Assembly: GCA_033763905.1 (NCBI GenBank)
Contig: JANRJP010000085.1
Coordinates: 1-64,000, forward strand
Length of the DNA: 64,000 nucleotides
Direction of reading: 5' to 3'
Origin: Gemmatimonadaceae bacterium
GTDB lineage: Bacteria; Gemmatimonadota; Gemmatimonadetes; Gemmatimonadales; Gemmatimonadaceae
This document shows, piece by piece, positions 24,223-34,492 of this stretch. Below the pieces are notes generated by a model. It worked only from the letters and a program-made list of their open reading frames with translations. It was not told the origin of the DNA and did no database searches. The position numbers and the translations under genes were made by a program. Numbering within the stretch: the stretch's first letter is position 1; the number at the start of each line of letters is the position of its first letter.

Positions 24223-25679
24223 CCGCTCGGACACTGCTCGCCGGCGCCCTGCTCGCCTCGACGCCGCTGTACGCACAACCGACCACGCAGCCGGTGCTGG
24301 TGCTGCTCAAGTCGAACGCCTCGGCGGCACAGCTCTCGCCGAGCGGTGCCGTGGAGTTCAGCCTGCCCACTGGCGTGGGCCCGCACGAGGTTGTGGTCGG
24401 GCCTGACGGGCGCACCGCGGTCGTCGCCGACTACGGCGCGCGCGAACCCGGGCGCAGCCTGACGGTGCTCGATCTGGTCGATCGCCGCGTCGTGCGCACG
24501 ATCGATCTCGGTGAGTATCGTCGGCCGCACGGACTCGCGTGGCTGCCGGGGTCTCGTCGGGTGCTGGTGACGTGCGAGACAAATCAGGTGGTGCTGGTCG
24601 TCGCGGTGGACGAGGGTCGGGTGGAGTCCGCCATCGGCACCAATGCGCGCGGCACGCATATGGTCGTCGTCTCCAAGGACGGTCGCACCGCGTGGACGTC
24701 GAACATCGGGGGCAGTGTCTCGCGACTCAACCTCGTGTCGCGCACGCTCGAGAAGACCGCACCGATTGGGGCCGGCCCAGAAGCCATTGACGTGAGCCCC
24801 GACGGCCGCGAGCTGTGGGTCGGCGACCGTCAGCTCAATCGCGTCACGATTCTCGATGCCGTCACGCTCGACTCGCTCGCGTCGTTGCCGACCGGGGAGT
24901 TTCCGAATCGAGCCAAGATGACGCCCGATGGCCGGACCGTGCTGATCTCGAACGCCAGGAGCGGCACGATTGCCGTGTATGATCGACAGCAGCGGGTGCG
25001 TTTGCCGGACATCGTCATTCCGTTCGACGCCAGCCGCGTGAAGGACCAGCTGCTCGGCACGCAGATGGGAGCGTCGCCGGTGCCGCTTGGCATCCTGATG
25101 CATCCGGCCGGCCAGCGCGCCTGGGTGGCACTGGCGGCCACCGACCAGATCGCCGAACTCGACGTCACGGCTCGGCGCGTCGCGCGGCTTATCAACACCG
25201 GCCGCGAACCCGACGGGATGGCACTCGTGATGCCGACCTACGCGGACGACGACACCTCCTTTGCCGCGGTACAGGCGCGTGGGGCCGTGGTGATGGGGGT
25301 GGATCAGTCGACGTCGACGCACCGGTTCGAGTCGCGCGCCGACGGCGGCCGCATCGTGTTGCAGCGAGACAGCGCAGACGCCGAGGGGACGGCGCGCATC
25401 CGGGCGCACCTGCGGGATATCGCGACGCGCTTCCGCCGTGGCGACTTCACCTTGCCCGGCGTCGTGCACGGCGAGACGGTGCCCGGGACGGCGGTGATGG
25501 CCGCGCGTCGCGCGTCGATCCGCTACGCGGTCGATACGCTGCCGCGCGGCGGGATGGTCACCATCGTCACGCGCGACGCCAAGGCGCGTGCGGCCATTCA
25601 CGAGTTCCTCGACTATCAGCGCCGTGATCATCGGACGATGGATCATTCGATGCACCACGGTCGCCCCGAGGGCCGCTGA
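24219..25679 (+). CDS. YVTN/YncE beta-propeller fused to an uncharacterised C-terminal domain with His-rich tail
   Basis: Repeated GxxPH/E...SPDG blades, then a distinct ~140 aa domain ending DHRTMDHSMHH. Confidence 0.8.
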   Translation: MTARTLLAGALLASTPLYAQPTTQPVLVLLKSNASAAQLSPSGAVEFSLPTGVGPHEVVVGPDGRTAVVADYGAREPGRSLTVLDLVDRRVVRTIDLGEYRRPHGLAWLPGSRRVLVTCETNQVVLVVAVDEGRVESAIGTNARGTHMVVVSKDGRTAWTSNIGGSVSRLNLVSRTLEKTAPIGAGPEAIDVSPDGRELWVGDRQLNRVTILDAVTLDSLASLPTGEFPNRAKMTPDGRTVLISNARSGTIAVYDRQQRVRLPDIVIPFDASRVKDQLLGTQMGASPVPLGILMHPAGQRAWVALAATDQIAELDVTARRVARLINTGREPDGMALVMPTYADDDTSFAAVQARGAVVMGVDQSTSTHRFESRADGGRIVLQRDSADAEGTARIRAHLRDIATRFRRGDFTLPGVVHGETVPGTAVMAARRASIRYAVDTLPRGGMVTIVTRDAKARAAIHEFLDYQRRDHRTMDHSMHHGRPEGR

Positions 25680-26599
25680 TGACCACGCGCGTGGTCGCCG
25701 AGGGCATCACGCTCTGCGATCTGCACCATATGCAGTCGCCGGAGGGGATCGCGACGGCCTTGCTCGAGACAGCCGACGGGGTGGTGATCATCGACCCCGG
25801 TCCGACGAGCACGCTCGGCCACTTGCACGATGCGTTGCGCGATGCCGGCTCGCGGCTCGAGGACGTGAAGCACATCGTGCTCACGCACATCCATCTCGAT
25901 CACGCCGGCGCGTCGGGGACCTTGGTGGCGCAGGACCCGACGCGGCTGGTGTACGTGCACGAGCGCGGCGCCACGCATATGGCGGACCCGTCCCGGTTGC
26001 TGCGCAGCGCGGCGCGGCTGTACGGCGATCGGATGGAGCCGCTCTGGGGCGAATTCCGACCGGTGCCGGCGTCGTCGCTGCGACCGCTGACTGGCGGGGA
26101 GTCGCTCAAGTTTGGGCGCCGCGTGCTGCGCGTCGAGTACACCCCGGGGCACGCACAGCATCACATCAGCGTGCTCGACGAGCGGAGCGGCACCGCGTTC
26201 GTCGGCGACACCTGCGGCGAGCAACTGCCGAGTGGCACTCCGGTGATTCCGACCGTACCACCGCCCGACATCGACCTAGCCCTGCTGGCAGGCTCGATCA
26301 CGCGCATTCGCGCGTGGGGAGCCGAGCGACTGTTCCTGACCCACTTCGGACCGGTGCAGCCGGTCTCGGCGTATCTGGACGCGCACGACGCCGTGCTGGC
26401 GCGCTGGGCCGCGCTCGTCCTTGCGTCGTTCGACGCTGAGGGCAGCGACGACGACAAGGCCGACGCCTTCGCCGATGCGCGGCTCGACGAACTGCGCGCC
26501 GGCAGCACGCCGGAAGGCGCTGCACTGCTCCGCCGTCCGCCGATTCGCGACTGCTGGTTCGGACTCGCCCGTTATCTCCGCTCGCAGGTTCCTGGATGA
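25679..26599 (+). CDS. MBL-fold metallo-hydrolase
   Basis: IDPGP, THIHLDHAG, TPGHAQHH, FVGD and LTHFG. Confidence 0.9.
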   Translation: MTTRVVAEGITLCDLHHMQSPEGIATALLETADGVVIIDPGPTSTLGHLHDALRDAGSRLEDVKHIVLTHIHLDHAGASGTLVAQDPTRLVYVHERGATHMADPSRLLRSAARLYGDRMEPLWGEFRPVPASSLRPLTGGESLKFGRRVLRVEYTPGHAQHHISVLDERSGTAFVGDTCGEQLPSGTPVIPTVPPPDIDLALLAGSITRIRAWGAERLFLTHFGPVQPVSAYLDAHDAVLARWAALVLASFDAEGSDDDKADAFADARLDELRAGSTPEGAALLRRPPIRDCWFGLARYLRSQVPG

Positions 26600-28254
26600 T
26601 TGCTCGTCACGCCGCTCGCCTCCTCGTGGCCGCAGGGGCGGCCGTGTTCCACATCGGCGCGCCACTGGCCGCGCAGGCGCCCAGCCGCACGGGCGGTCCG
26701 CGCGTCGGCTTCGACGTGCTCCACTACGCATTCGCGGTAGAGGTCGGCACGCCCGCGCTCGGCGACACGGTGCGCGTAAGCACCGAGATCACCGTGCACC
26801 GACAGACCGACGCGACCTCGTTCGTCCTTGACCTCGCCGCGCCGATGGCGGTGCGTCGCGTGGCGCTGCGTGGTGCAGCGATCCCCTTCACCCATCAGCG
26901 TGGCCAGCTGACGCTGCAGTTGCCGCCCGGGCGCCGCGATACACTGCGCCTGACGGTGGACGCCGCCGGCATACCGACCGACGGGCTGATTGTGCAGCGC
27001 GACGCGAACGGCAGCTTCACCGCCTTCGCCGACCACTTCCCGAACCGTGCGCAGCAGTGGCTACCCACCGTCGACCACCCCGCCGACAAGGCCACCGTGG
27101 CGTGGACCGTGCGCGCGCCCGCCACGCACCGGGTGATTGCGAACGGCGTGCGAACCGAAGAGTCCCGCGACGCGGCGAACCCGCAGATCGTCACCACCCG
27201 CTGGTCGGCGGCACGACCGCTGTACACGGGCGTGATGGTCATCGGCATCGCGCCCTTCTCGGTGGTGGAGCTGGGCACGGGTCTCTGCGGCATTGCCGAG
27301 TTCAGCGGCTGCATCGCGCAGTCGGTGTGGACGCTCCCCGGCCAGCGACGCCACCTACCCGGCCACTTCGCCCGGGCGAACGACATCGCGGCGTTCTTCA
27401 CGCGCACGGCTGGACCGTTTCCCTACGAAGCCTTGGCACACGTGGCGTCGAGCACGCGCTACGGGGGGATGGAGAATGCTGGGGCGATCTTCTACGCCTC
27501 GCGGCTGTTCGACACCGGGACGCCCAGTGAGCTGCTGGTCGCGCACGAAATGGCCCACCAGTGGTTCGGCGACGCCGTCACCACGCGGGAGTGGCCGCAC
27601 GTGTGGCTGTCGGAGGGCTTTGCCACGTACTTCGCCGCGCTGTGGCTGGAGCGCGCGTACGGCGATACCGCGCTCCGCAGCGAGCTTGAGCGGATGCGTC
27701 GCGATGTGCTGCGGAGCGACGTGACCGACCGCCTGCCGATCGTCGACGAGTCGCTCGACGATCTGGGGCGCGTGCTCAACACCAACGTGTACGAGAAGGC
27801 GGGCTTCGTACTGCACCTGCTCCGGCGCGAGATCGGCGACTCGGCGTTTTTCGGTGCGGTGCGCGCGTATGTCGCCACGCATCGGCACGGCAACGCCCTG
27901 AGCAGCGACTTTCAGCGCGCCGTCGAGACCGCGGCGGGCAAGCCCTTGGACTGGTTTTTCACACAGTGGCTCACGCGACCGGGCCTGCCCTCGGTGACGG
28001 TGAAGGCCGAATGGGATGTCGTGGAGCGCAAGGTGGCGCTGCGCATTCAGCAGGATACCGCGCGGCCGCCGTTTCGCTTTCCGCTGACCGTCGATGTGAC
28101 CGGCGTGGACGGGCGGGTGCAGCGCACCACGATCACCGTCCCCGCGGAGCCCACGGCCGTCGTGATGCTCCCGCTGTCGCTTCGGGCAGCGCCGCGGTCG
28201 GTGATCTACGACGCCGACGCTGGCGTCCTCGGTCGCGTCCGAGCGATTCCCTGA
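26596..28254 (+). CDS. Secreted M1 family aminopeptidase
   Basis: GGMEN, AHEMAHQWFG, WLSEGFATY and VYEKA motifs. Confidence 0.92.
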   Translation: MIARHAARLLVAAGAAVFHIGAPLAAQAPSRTGGPRVGFDVLHYAFAVEVGTPALGDTVRVSTEITVHRQTDATSFVLDLAAPMAVRRVALRGAAIPFTHQRGQLTLQLPPGRRDTLRLTVDAAGIPTDGLIVQRDANGSFTAFADHFPNRAQQWLPTVDHPADKATVAWTVRAPATHRVIANGVRTEESRDAANPQIVTTRWSAARPLYTGVMVIGIAPFSVVELGTGLCGIAEFSGCIAQSVWTLPGQRRHLPGHFARANDIAAFFTRTAGPFPYEALAHVASSTRYGGMENAGAIFYASRLFDTGTPSELLVAHEMAHQWFGDAVTTREWPHVWLSEGFATYFAALWLERAYGDTALRSELERMRRDVLRSDVTDRLPIVDESLDDLGRVLNTNVYEKAGFVLHLLRREIGDSAFFGAVRAYVATHRHGNALSSDFQRAVETAAGKPLDWFFTQWLTRPGLPSVTVKAEWDVVERKVALRIQQDTARPPFRFPLTVDVTGVDGRVQRTTITVPAEPTAVVMLPLSLRAAPRSVIYDADAGVLGRVRAIP

Positions 28255-28261
28255 CGCGTTC

Positions 28262-28297
28262 GGACCGGTGGCAGCAACGCGCTGGCGCCACCGGTCC
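28262..28297 (+). terminator. Hairpin after the M1 peptidase gene
   Basis: GGACCGGTGGC...GCCACCGGTCC 11-bp stem. Confidence 0.55.
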
Positions 28298-28316
28298 CGC
28301 ACGGTAGGTTGCACGG

Positions 28317-30419
28317 GTGGTCAACGCTCGGCACGCGATGCTCGTAGCGTCGGTGGCCTCTGTCCTGAGATTCGTCCCCGTGTCGCCCCATCCCCCTTCT
28401 CGACTGCTCACCGCGCCGTCGTGTCTTGCGCTGACGCTGTACGCAGCGTCGGTGGCAGCGCCGGGCTGGCTGCCGGCGCAGCGCCCGGACGCGGCGCGCG
28501 ATTCGGCCCCTCGGCGCATCGAGGGGGTGAAGGTCACGTCGCGGCAGGCCCCCAAGGTCGTGGTGGGCTCGATGGCGGTGGATGTCTCGCCCGACTCGCT
28601 GCGGACCGCGCCCGGTGCCACGCTGGACCAAGCGCTGCGTACCGTGCCGTTCGTGGGCGTGCGCACCAACTCGCGCGGCGAGGTGGAGCTGTCGATTCGT
28701 GCCAGCGACTCGCGGACGCCGAGCGTGATGCTCGAAGGTGCGCCGCTCTCGGCCGGCTGGGATGGCCGCGCGGATCCGTCGCTGGCGCCGCTGACGGCGG
28801 CGACGGGTCTTCGCGTGACGCGCGCCGCGCCGTCAGTGCTCCTCGGCCCGAACATCCTGGGTGGAGTGGTCGAGGTCTCGCTCGTCAATGACATCGACCG
28901 CCCGAATGCGCTCATTGCGGCCGGTGGCGATGCGACCGGCGGGGTGACCTCGCGCGCGCTTGGTGCGACGCGTCTTGCGCTTGGCTCGCACCGCCTGTCG
29001 CTCAGCGCCGGTGCCGGCCACCGGCAACGCGACTACCTGCCGACGGCCACCGCCTATCGCGACCCCGGCGCATCGTTCGACGGCGAACGCCTCAACAGTG
29101 CCCTGCGGCAGAGCGACGCCTTCGTCGGCGCTCAATATCGGGGAACCGGCGGCGCGTTCGTCGGCGTCACCGTGAGTGCCGTGCAGGGATCGCGCGATGT
29201 GATGCCGGAATCGCACATCGCGAACCCCCGCTATTGGCGACAGCCGGTGGCGAATCGCGCGATCGGCGTCGTGAGTGCGGGGACGGGGGCGCTGATGACC
29301 GGCGCCGGGGTGGCCTCACTGCAACTCCGCGCCGCGATCAATAACGGCCACACGTTCATACAGCAGTTCGGCAGCGCGCAGTACGCCACGGTCACCGGGA
29401 GCGAGCGCGGCATCGACCGCACCTCGTCCGTGCGTCTGCTCGGCGAGCACTCGCTCGGGAGCCGCGGCGACATCGGCATCGGCCTCTCGCTGGTGCAGGT
29501 GGACTATCGGGAGTCGCTCAACGCCGCGGCCGAGCAGCGCTATCAGCAGCAGCTCTGGAGCGCTGGCGTGGAGACCGATTACGTCGTCAGCGACGCGTTG
29601 AATCTGTCGGCGTCGTTGGCGCTCGACGGGGTGTCGACGCCGCGCGCGGGGGACAAGCCGCTGCAGCCGGCCCTGCAGGACTGGGCCGCGCGCCTGGGCC
29701 TCACCCGGACCGTCGGGGCCGGTGTGCAGCTCAACGCGGCGCTCATCAATCGCTCGCGCTTTCCGTCGTTGCGGGAACTCTACTCCGGCGCGCTCAACCG
29801 GTTTCTGCCGAACCCGGACCTTCGACCGGAACGCGTGCTGGGCTCCGAGCTCGGACTGTCGGCCACGCACGGCACGTGGCGGTGGCAGGCTGGCGCCTTT
29901 GTGCAGCGACTCGATGATGTCATCCAGCGCATCAATGTGCCGAACACCACGCTGCAGCAACGCGTCAACCGCGATGCCCAGCGGGTGATTGGCACGGAGT
30001 TCCTGCTGGCGTATTCGGGCCATCGGCACAGCGTGCTCGGCGATCTGACGCTGCAGGACGCCCGGGTCCTCGACCCGACACAGCCAAGCGGTCGGCGACA
30101 GGCGGAGTACCAGCCGAAGGTGCGTGGCTCGCTCACCGCGGTGTCGCCGTTGGCCTTCGGCTGGCGAGGCACGGCGGCGACGGTGCTGACCGGATCGCAG
30201 TTCTGTCTCGCGACGGGGAACGCCTACCGCCGCCTGCCGACGACCGGACGCGCCGACCTGATGGCCGACCGCAGTGTGTTCCTCCGCGCCACGGGGCGCG
30301 TGTTGCGGGAACTGCGCCTCCTCGTCGCGCTCGACAACGTGACCGACGCGCTCACGTGGGACCAATGCGGGATTCCCGCGACGGGTCGGGTCGCGCGCAT
30401 CGGGTTCGAACTGCGCTGA
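28317..30419 (+). CDS. TonB-dependent receptor
   Basis: Plug (LRTVPFV, LSIRA, LGGVV), RFPSLRELY, NPDLRPE, LDNVTD and terminal beta strand. Confidence 0.85.
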   Translation: MVNARHAMLVASVASVLRFVPVSPHPPSRLLTAPSCLALTLYAASVAAPGWLPAQRPDAARDSAPRRIEGVKVTSRQAPKVVVGSMAVDVSPDSLRTAPGATLDQALRTVPFVGVRTNSRGEVELSIRASDSRTPSVMLEGAPLSAGWDGRADPSLAPLTAATGLRVTRAAPSVLLGPNILGGVVEVSLVNDIDRPNALIAAGGDATGGVTSRALGATRLALGSHRLSLSAGAGHRQRDYLPTATAYRDPGASFDGERLNSALRQSDAFVGAQYRGTGGAFVGVTVSAVQGSRDVMPESHIANPRYWRQPVANRAIGVVSAGTGALMTGAGVASLQLRAAINNGHTFIQQFGSAQYATVTGSERGIDRTSSVRLLGEHSLGSRGDIGIGLSLVQVDYRESLNAAAEQRYQQQLWSAGVETDYVVSDALNLSASLALDGVSTPRAGDKPLQPALQDWAARLGLTRTVGAGVQLNAALINRSRFPSLRELYSGALNRFLPNPDLRPERVLGSELGLSATHGTWRWQAGAFVQRLDDVIQRINVPNTTLQQRVNRDAQRVIGTEFLLAYSGHRHSVLGDLTLQDARVLDPTQPSGRRQAEYQPKVRGSLTAVSPLAFGWRGTAATVLTGSQFCLATGNAYRRLPTTGRADLMADRSVFLRATGRVLRELRLLVALDNVTDALTWDQCGIPATGRVARIGFELR

Positions 30420-30443
30420 CGTCGGCGGGTGGCGCCACGCCCC

Positions 30444-33400
30444 TCAGGGCGTGACGCGACACCCCGCGGCCTTGTCGCACGACGGATCGATCGGCGGAAG
30501 CTTGAGGCGCAGCAGTTCGGCGTTCACGGCCGCCAGATCTCGCGCCCACACCCGCGCCAGCTCGTCGGTGTAGCCCCTGAGCTCGGTGCGCAGAATCCCG
30601 AAGATCTCCTCGAGATTGTTCGTCGGCCGTCCATCGCCGCGCTCCGCCATCGCGAGCAGCGTCGCGAGCCGGTTGTTGACCTTGATCGGGAAGTTGAGGG
30701 GATCCTGATTGCTGCGATTGCGGACCTGATAGATCTGCGCTTCCACCGCACTCGCCGCGGTGCGCAACGTCGTCCCTGCCGTCGCCAGCGCGGCGTCGTT
30801 CGCGGCGCGCCCGAGCCGATCGTCGAGCTGCGTCTTCACCCGCCGAATGTCGATCACGGCGCGGTTGGCGTCGTCGACTTGTTCGGCCACGCGACGACCG
30901 AAGGCGAACTGCGCGCGCAGGTCGGCGTCGGTCACGCCCGGCACCCAGGGGTGACGGGTGACCGTCATCGGCGCCGTCCGCCGCTGGCCATCCGCGGTCA
31001 GGACCACCGTGTACTGGCCCGGCGGCACCGCGGCGCCCTGCAGATTCCACGTGCCCCAGAGAATCATCCCCTCGAATCCGCGCGGTGGATTCGATCGCAG
31101 GTCCCAGTACACCCGGTGCAATCCCGCCGTGGTCGGAATGCTGTCGATGCTGCGCACGCGCGCGCCCGCCGCGTCCAGGATCTCCAGCGTCGCCGTCTTC
31201 ACCGAATCCTTGAACCACCAGCTGAGCGCGACGAGCGGCCCCGAGCGCACGCCGCGCGGCGGCGTGAAGAGATGGGCCGCCGAGCTCGCGACCGCCGGTG
31301 TGGCCTGCCGCAGCGGGGCGATGTCGTCGAGGACCCAGAAGCCGCGCCCGTGCGTGGCAATGACCAGCTCGTTGCCCTCCACGACGAGATCGGACACCGG
31401 CACGTCGGGCATATTGAGCAGGAGTGACTGCCAGTTCGCGCCGTCGTCGTACGACACATAGACGCCGTGCTGCGTCGCCGCGTACAGCAGCCCGGGTCGC
31501 GTGGGGTCCTCACGCACCGCGTGCACGTAGGCATCGCTGCGAATGCCCTGTACGATGCGCGTCCACGTGCGACCGAAGTCGCTAGTCTTGAAGATGTAGG
31601 GTGCGAAGTCCGCGAGCAGTGGGCGCCGCACCGAGACGTAGGCCGTCCCATCGGCGAAGGCCGACGCATCGATCTGCGACACCCGACCGAAGTCCGGCAT
31701 TCCCGGGGGCGTCACGTTCGTCCAGGTCGTGCCGCCATCACGTGTGACGTGGACGAGTCCGTCATCCGAGCCCGCCCAGATGACGTTGACGTTCCGCTTG
31801 CCGGGTCCGACGGCGAAGATGGTCGCGTACACCTCGGGACCGTTCATATCACCCGTGATCGGGCCACCGCTGGGCCCCTGCGTCCGGGGATCGTGGCGGG
31901 TGAGATCACCGCTGATCGCCGTCCACGTCTGGCCCCCGTCACGCGTACGCCAGAGCCGCTGCGAGGACACATAGAGCGTCTTCGGATCCACCGGCGAGAA
32001 GATGATCGGATATGTCCACTGCCAGCGCTCGCGGATCTCGCGGGACGGCTCCCCGGAATAGAACCACGGATACGGGTTCACCTCGCGCGACAGCCCGGTG
32101 CGCTTGTCGAACTTGTCGAGGTATGCGCCGTTGTTCGTGCCGCTGTAGAAGATGTCCGGATTCAGCGGATCCGGCGCGATGTAGCCGGGCTCGCCACCGC
32201 CCGCGACGTAGGAGGCGGCCATTCCCCCCGCAGTGATGTCACCAGTGCTCGACGTTCCCTGCCGGCCTGCGCGAATGCCGAACGCGCCGGCGTTCCAGTT
32301 GAACGGCACGCACAGCGTGCTGTTGTCCTGCTGTGATCCGCAGACGTGGTACGGCACGTGCTTGGTCGTGATCACGTGGTAGAACTGTTCCGTCGGATAG
32401 TCTTCGGCCGTCCACGATGCGGCCGTGTTCATCGAGACCGCACCGCCCCCGTCGTTGGCGACCACGAGATGCGCGCTGTTGTCGGGATCGATCCAGAGGT
32501 CGTGGAAATCGCCGTGCGTGCCGTTATCGACGGCGGTCATCGTCTTGCCACCGTCGGTGGAGCGGAACATCGACGTGTTCTGCATATAGACCACGTCGGG
32601 CAGCTTCGGATCGGCGAAGAGATGCGTGTAGTAGAACGCCCGCTGGCGAATGCGCCGATCGTCATTGACCAAGGCCCAGGTGGCGCCGGCGTCGTCGCTC
32701 TTGAAGAGGCCGCCGGCGGCGTTCTCAACCAGCGCGTAGACACGGTTCGGGTTCGCGCCCGACACCGCCACGCCGATCCGACCGATCAGCCCTGCAGGCA
32801 TTCCGGGATTCCGCGTGAGCTCGGTCCACGTCTCGCCGCCATCGGTGCTCTTGAAGAGCCCGCTCCCCGGTCCGCCGGAGGACATCTGCCACTCCTTGCG
32901 GTACGCCTCCCAGAGCGCGGCGTACATCACGTTGGGGTTCGACCGGTCGAAGGTGATGTCGATCGCGCCGGTCGAGTCGTTGCGGAACAGCACCTTGCGC
33001 CAGGTGGTGCCGCCATCGGTGCTCTTGAACACACCGCGCTCGGCGTTCGGCACGCTGTACTTGCCGAAGGCGGCCACGAAGACGATCGCGGGATTGGTCG
33101 GATGAATGCGGATCTTCGCGATGCCGTCGGATTCGCGCAGCCCGACGTGCTGCCACGTCTTGCCGGCATCGCGGCTGCGGTACACGCCGTCACCGGGCAT
33201 GATGTTGCCTCGAATGGCCGTCTCGCCCATCCCGATGAAGACGAGATCGGGATTGGTCTCGCTGACCGCCACCGCGCCGACCGAGGCCGACGCGACGTGG
33301 CCGTCGGTGACTGGGGCCCAGGTCTCGCCGCCGTTGGTGGTCTTCCAGAGGCCGCCGCCGGTGGCCCCGAAGTAGGCCTCGTGGGGGCGGCCGCGGACGC

Positions 33401-33608
33401 CACTCGCGGCGATCGAACGGCCACCGCGATCAGGTCCGATGTTGCGCCAGCGGTAGGCGGATCGCCACACGGAATCGAGCGTCGCGGGAGCCAGCGGCGC
33501 CGGCCGGGCCGCGGCGCGGCGACCCGCCGCCGCTTGAGCGCCGAGGACGGTGGGCGCCAGCAGCGCGACGAGGGCGCTCGTGGTGAGGATCCGGGACGTG
33601 ATGGCCAT
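30444..33608 (-). CDS. VPS10/BNR-repeat secreted glycosyl-hydrolase-like protein
   Basis: WRNIGPDRGGR and many SxDGGxTW Asp-box repeats; signal peptide. Confidence 0.88.
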   Translation of the reverse strand: MAITSRILTTSALVALLAPTVLGAQAAAGRRAAARPAPLAPATLDSVWRSAYRWRNIGPDRGGRSIAASGVRGRPHEAYFGATGGGLWKTTNGGETWAPVTDGHVASASVGAVAVSETNPDLVFIGMGETAIRGNIMPGDGVYRSRDAGKTWQHVGLRESDGIAKIRIHPTNPAIVFVAAFGKYSVPNAERGVFKSTDGGTTWRKVLFRNDSTGAIDITFDRSNPNVMYAALWEAYRKEWQMSSGGPGSGLFKSTDGGETWTELTRNPGMPAGLIGRIGVAVSGANPNRVYALVENAAGGLFKSDDAGATWALVNDDRRIRQRAFYYTHLFADPKLPDVVYMQNTSMFRSTDGGKTMTAVDNGTHGDFHDLWIDPDNSAHLVVANDGGGAVSMNTAASWTAEDYPTEQFYHVITTKHVPYHVCGSQQDNSTLCVPFNWNAGAFGIRAGRQGTSSTGDITAGGMAASYVAGGGEPGYIAPDPLNPDIFYSGTNNGAYLDKFDKRTGLSREVNPYPWFYSGEPSREIRERWQWTYPIIFSPVDPKTLYVSSQRLWRTRDGGQTWTAISGDLTRHDPRTQGPSGGPITGDMNGPEVYATIFAVGPGKRNVNVIWAGSDDGLVHVTRDGGTTWTNVTPPGMPDFGRVSQIDASAFADGTAYVSVRRPLLADFAPYIFKTSDFGRTWTRIVQGIRSDAYVHAVREDPTRPGLLYAATQHGVYVSYDDGANWQSLLLNMPDVPVSDLVVEGNELVIATHGRGFWVLDDIAPLRQATPAVASSAAHLFTPPRGVRSGPLVALSWWFKDSVKTATLEILDAAGARVRSIDSIPTTAGLHRVYWDLRSNPPRGFEGMILWGTWNLQGAAVPPGQYTVVLTADGQRRTAPMTVTRHPWVPGVTDADLRAQFAFGRRVAEQVDDANRAVIDIRRVKTQLDDRLGRAANDAALATAGTTLRTAASAVEAQIYQVRNRSNQDPLNFPIKVNNRLATLLAMAERGDGRPTNNLEEIFGILRTELRGYTDELARVWARDLAAVNAELLRLKLPPIDPSCDKAAGCRVTP

Positions 33609-33745
33609 CGGGGGGTTGGGAGCGGCAGGGTGAACGGCAGGGTGCCTCGACAACAGCCCTACGATGCGCCCCCGGGACGCGTTGAGCCAGCGCTGCGTCG
33701 CGGCTCGGGGCTCGCGTCTCGACCTCGGCGCCTCCAACTTGCAGG

Positions 33746-34492
33746 ATGGCGTGGTCGTCGTGGGGTCGCGCGGTCGTCATCGCGAGTGGGTGGGCGGTCG
33801 GCATCGGCTGCGGCGGCAGTCCGTCGGTCTTCCGCATCACACCGGTGCGGCCGGTGGAGGAACTGCGCGCCGAGGCACTGCGCGCGACGCCGCCGGTGGA
33901 ATCCGGCGAACGGCGCCCGTCGGAGCTGGTCGACCTCCAGACGCTCGATTCCTCGATCCGCCTCGACATCCGCTACGCGTCGACGCGCAACTTCCTCGGG
34001 ACGCCGCTCTACACGCAGGCGCGCGCGGTCCTGCAGCGGCCGGCAGCTGAGGCCCTGGTGCGCGTCCACCGCGCGCTCGAGGCGCAAGGCTTCGGGCTGC
34101 TGGTGTTCGACGCGTACCGCCCGTGGTACATCACGAAGCTCTTCTGGGACGCCACGCCGCCCGAACAGCACGAGTTCGTGGCCGATCCGGCGACCGGCTC
34201 CCGACACAATCGTGGCTGCGCGGTGGATATCACGCTCTTCGTGCGATCCACCGGCCGCCCGGTCACGATGCCGAGCCTGTACGACGAGATGTCCTCGCGT
34301 GCCGCGGCGGACTATCCCGGCGGCACCGCGGACGCGCGACGTTTGCGGGACATTTTGCGCCGCGCGATGGAAGCCGAGGGCTTCAGCGTATACGCGCCGG
34401 AGTGGTGGCACTTCGACTTCCGCGATTGGCCGCAGTACGCGGTGCAGAATCTGCCCTTCGAGGCGATTCCTCGAACCGGCGCCCGCCCGTGA
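33746..34492 (+). CDS. D-alanyl-D-alanine dipeptidase (M15, VanX/DdpX family)
   Basis: DIRYA, FDAYRP, SRHNRGCAVD and EWWHF motifs. Confidence 0.92.
   Translation: MAWSSWGRAVVIASGWAVGIGCGGSPSVFRITPVRPVEELRAEALRATPPVESGERRPSELVDLQTLDSSIRLDIRYASTRNFLGTPLYTQARAVLQRPAAEALVRVHRALEAQGFGLLVFDAYRPWYITKLFWDATPPEQHEFVADPATGSRHNRGCAVDITLFVRSTGRPVTMPSLYDEMSSRAAADYPGGTADARRLRDILRRAMEAEGFSVYAPEWWHFDFRDWPQYAVQNLPFEAIPRTGARP

Noticed and set aside
33746..34492. VanX-like gene as vancomycin resistance
   Set aside because: No vanH, vanA or vanRS nearby; DdpX-type dipeptidases are common housekeeping or scavenging enzymes
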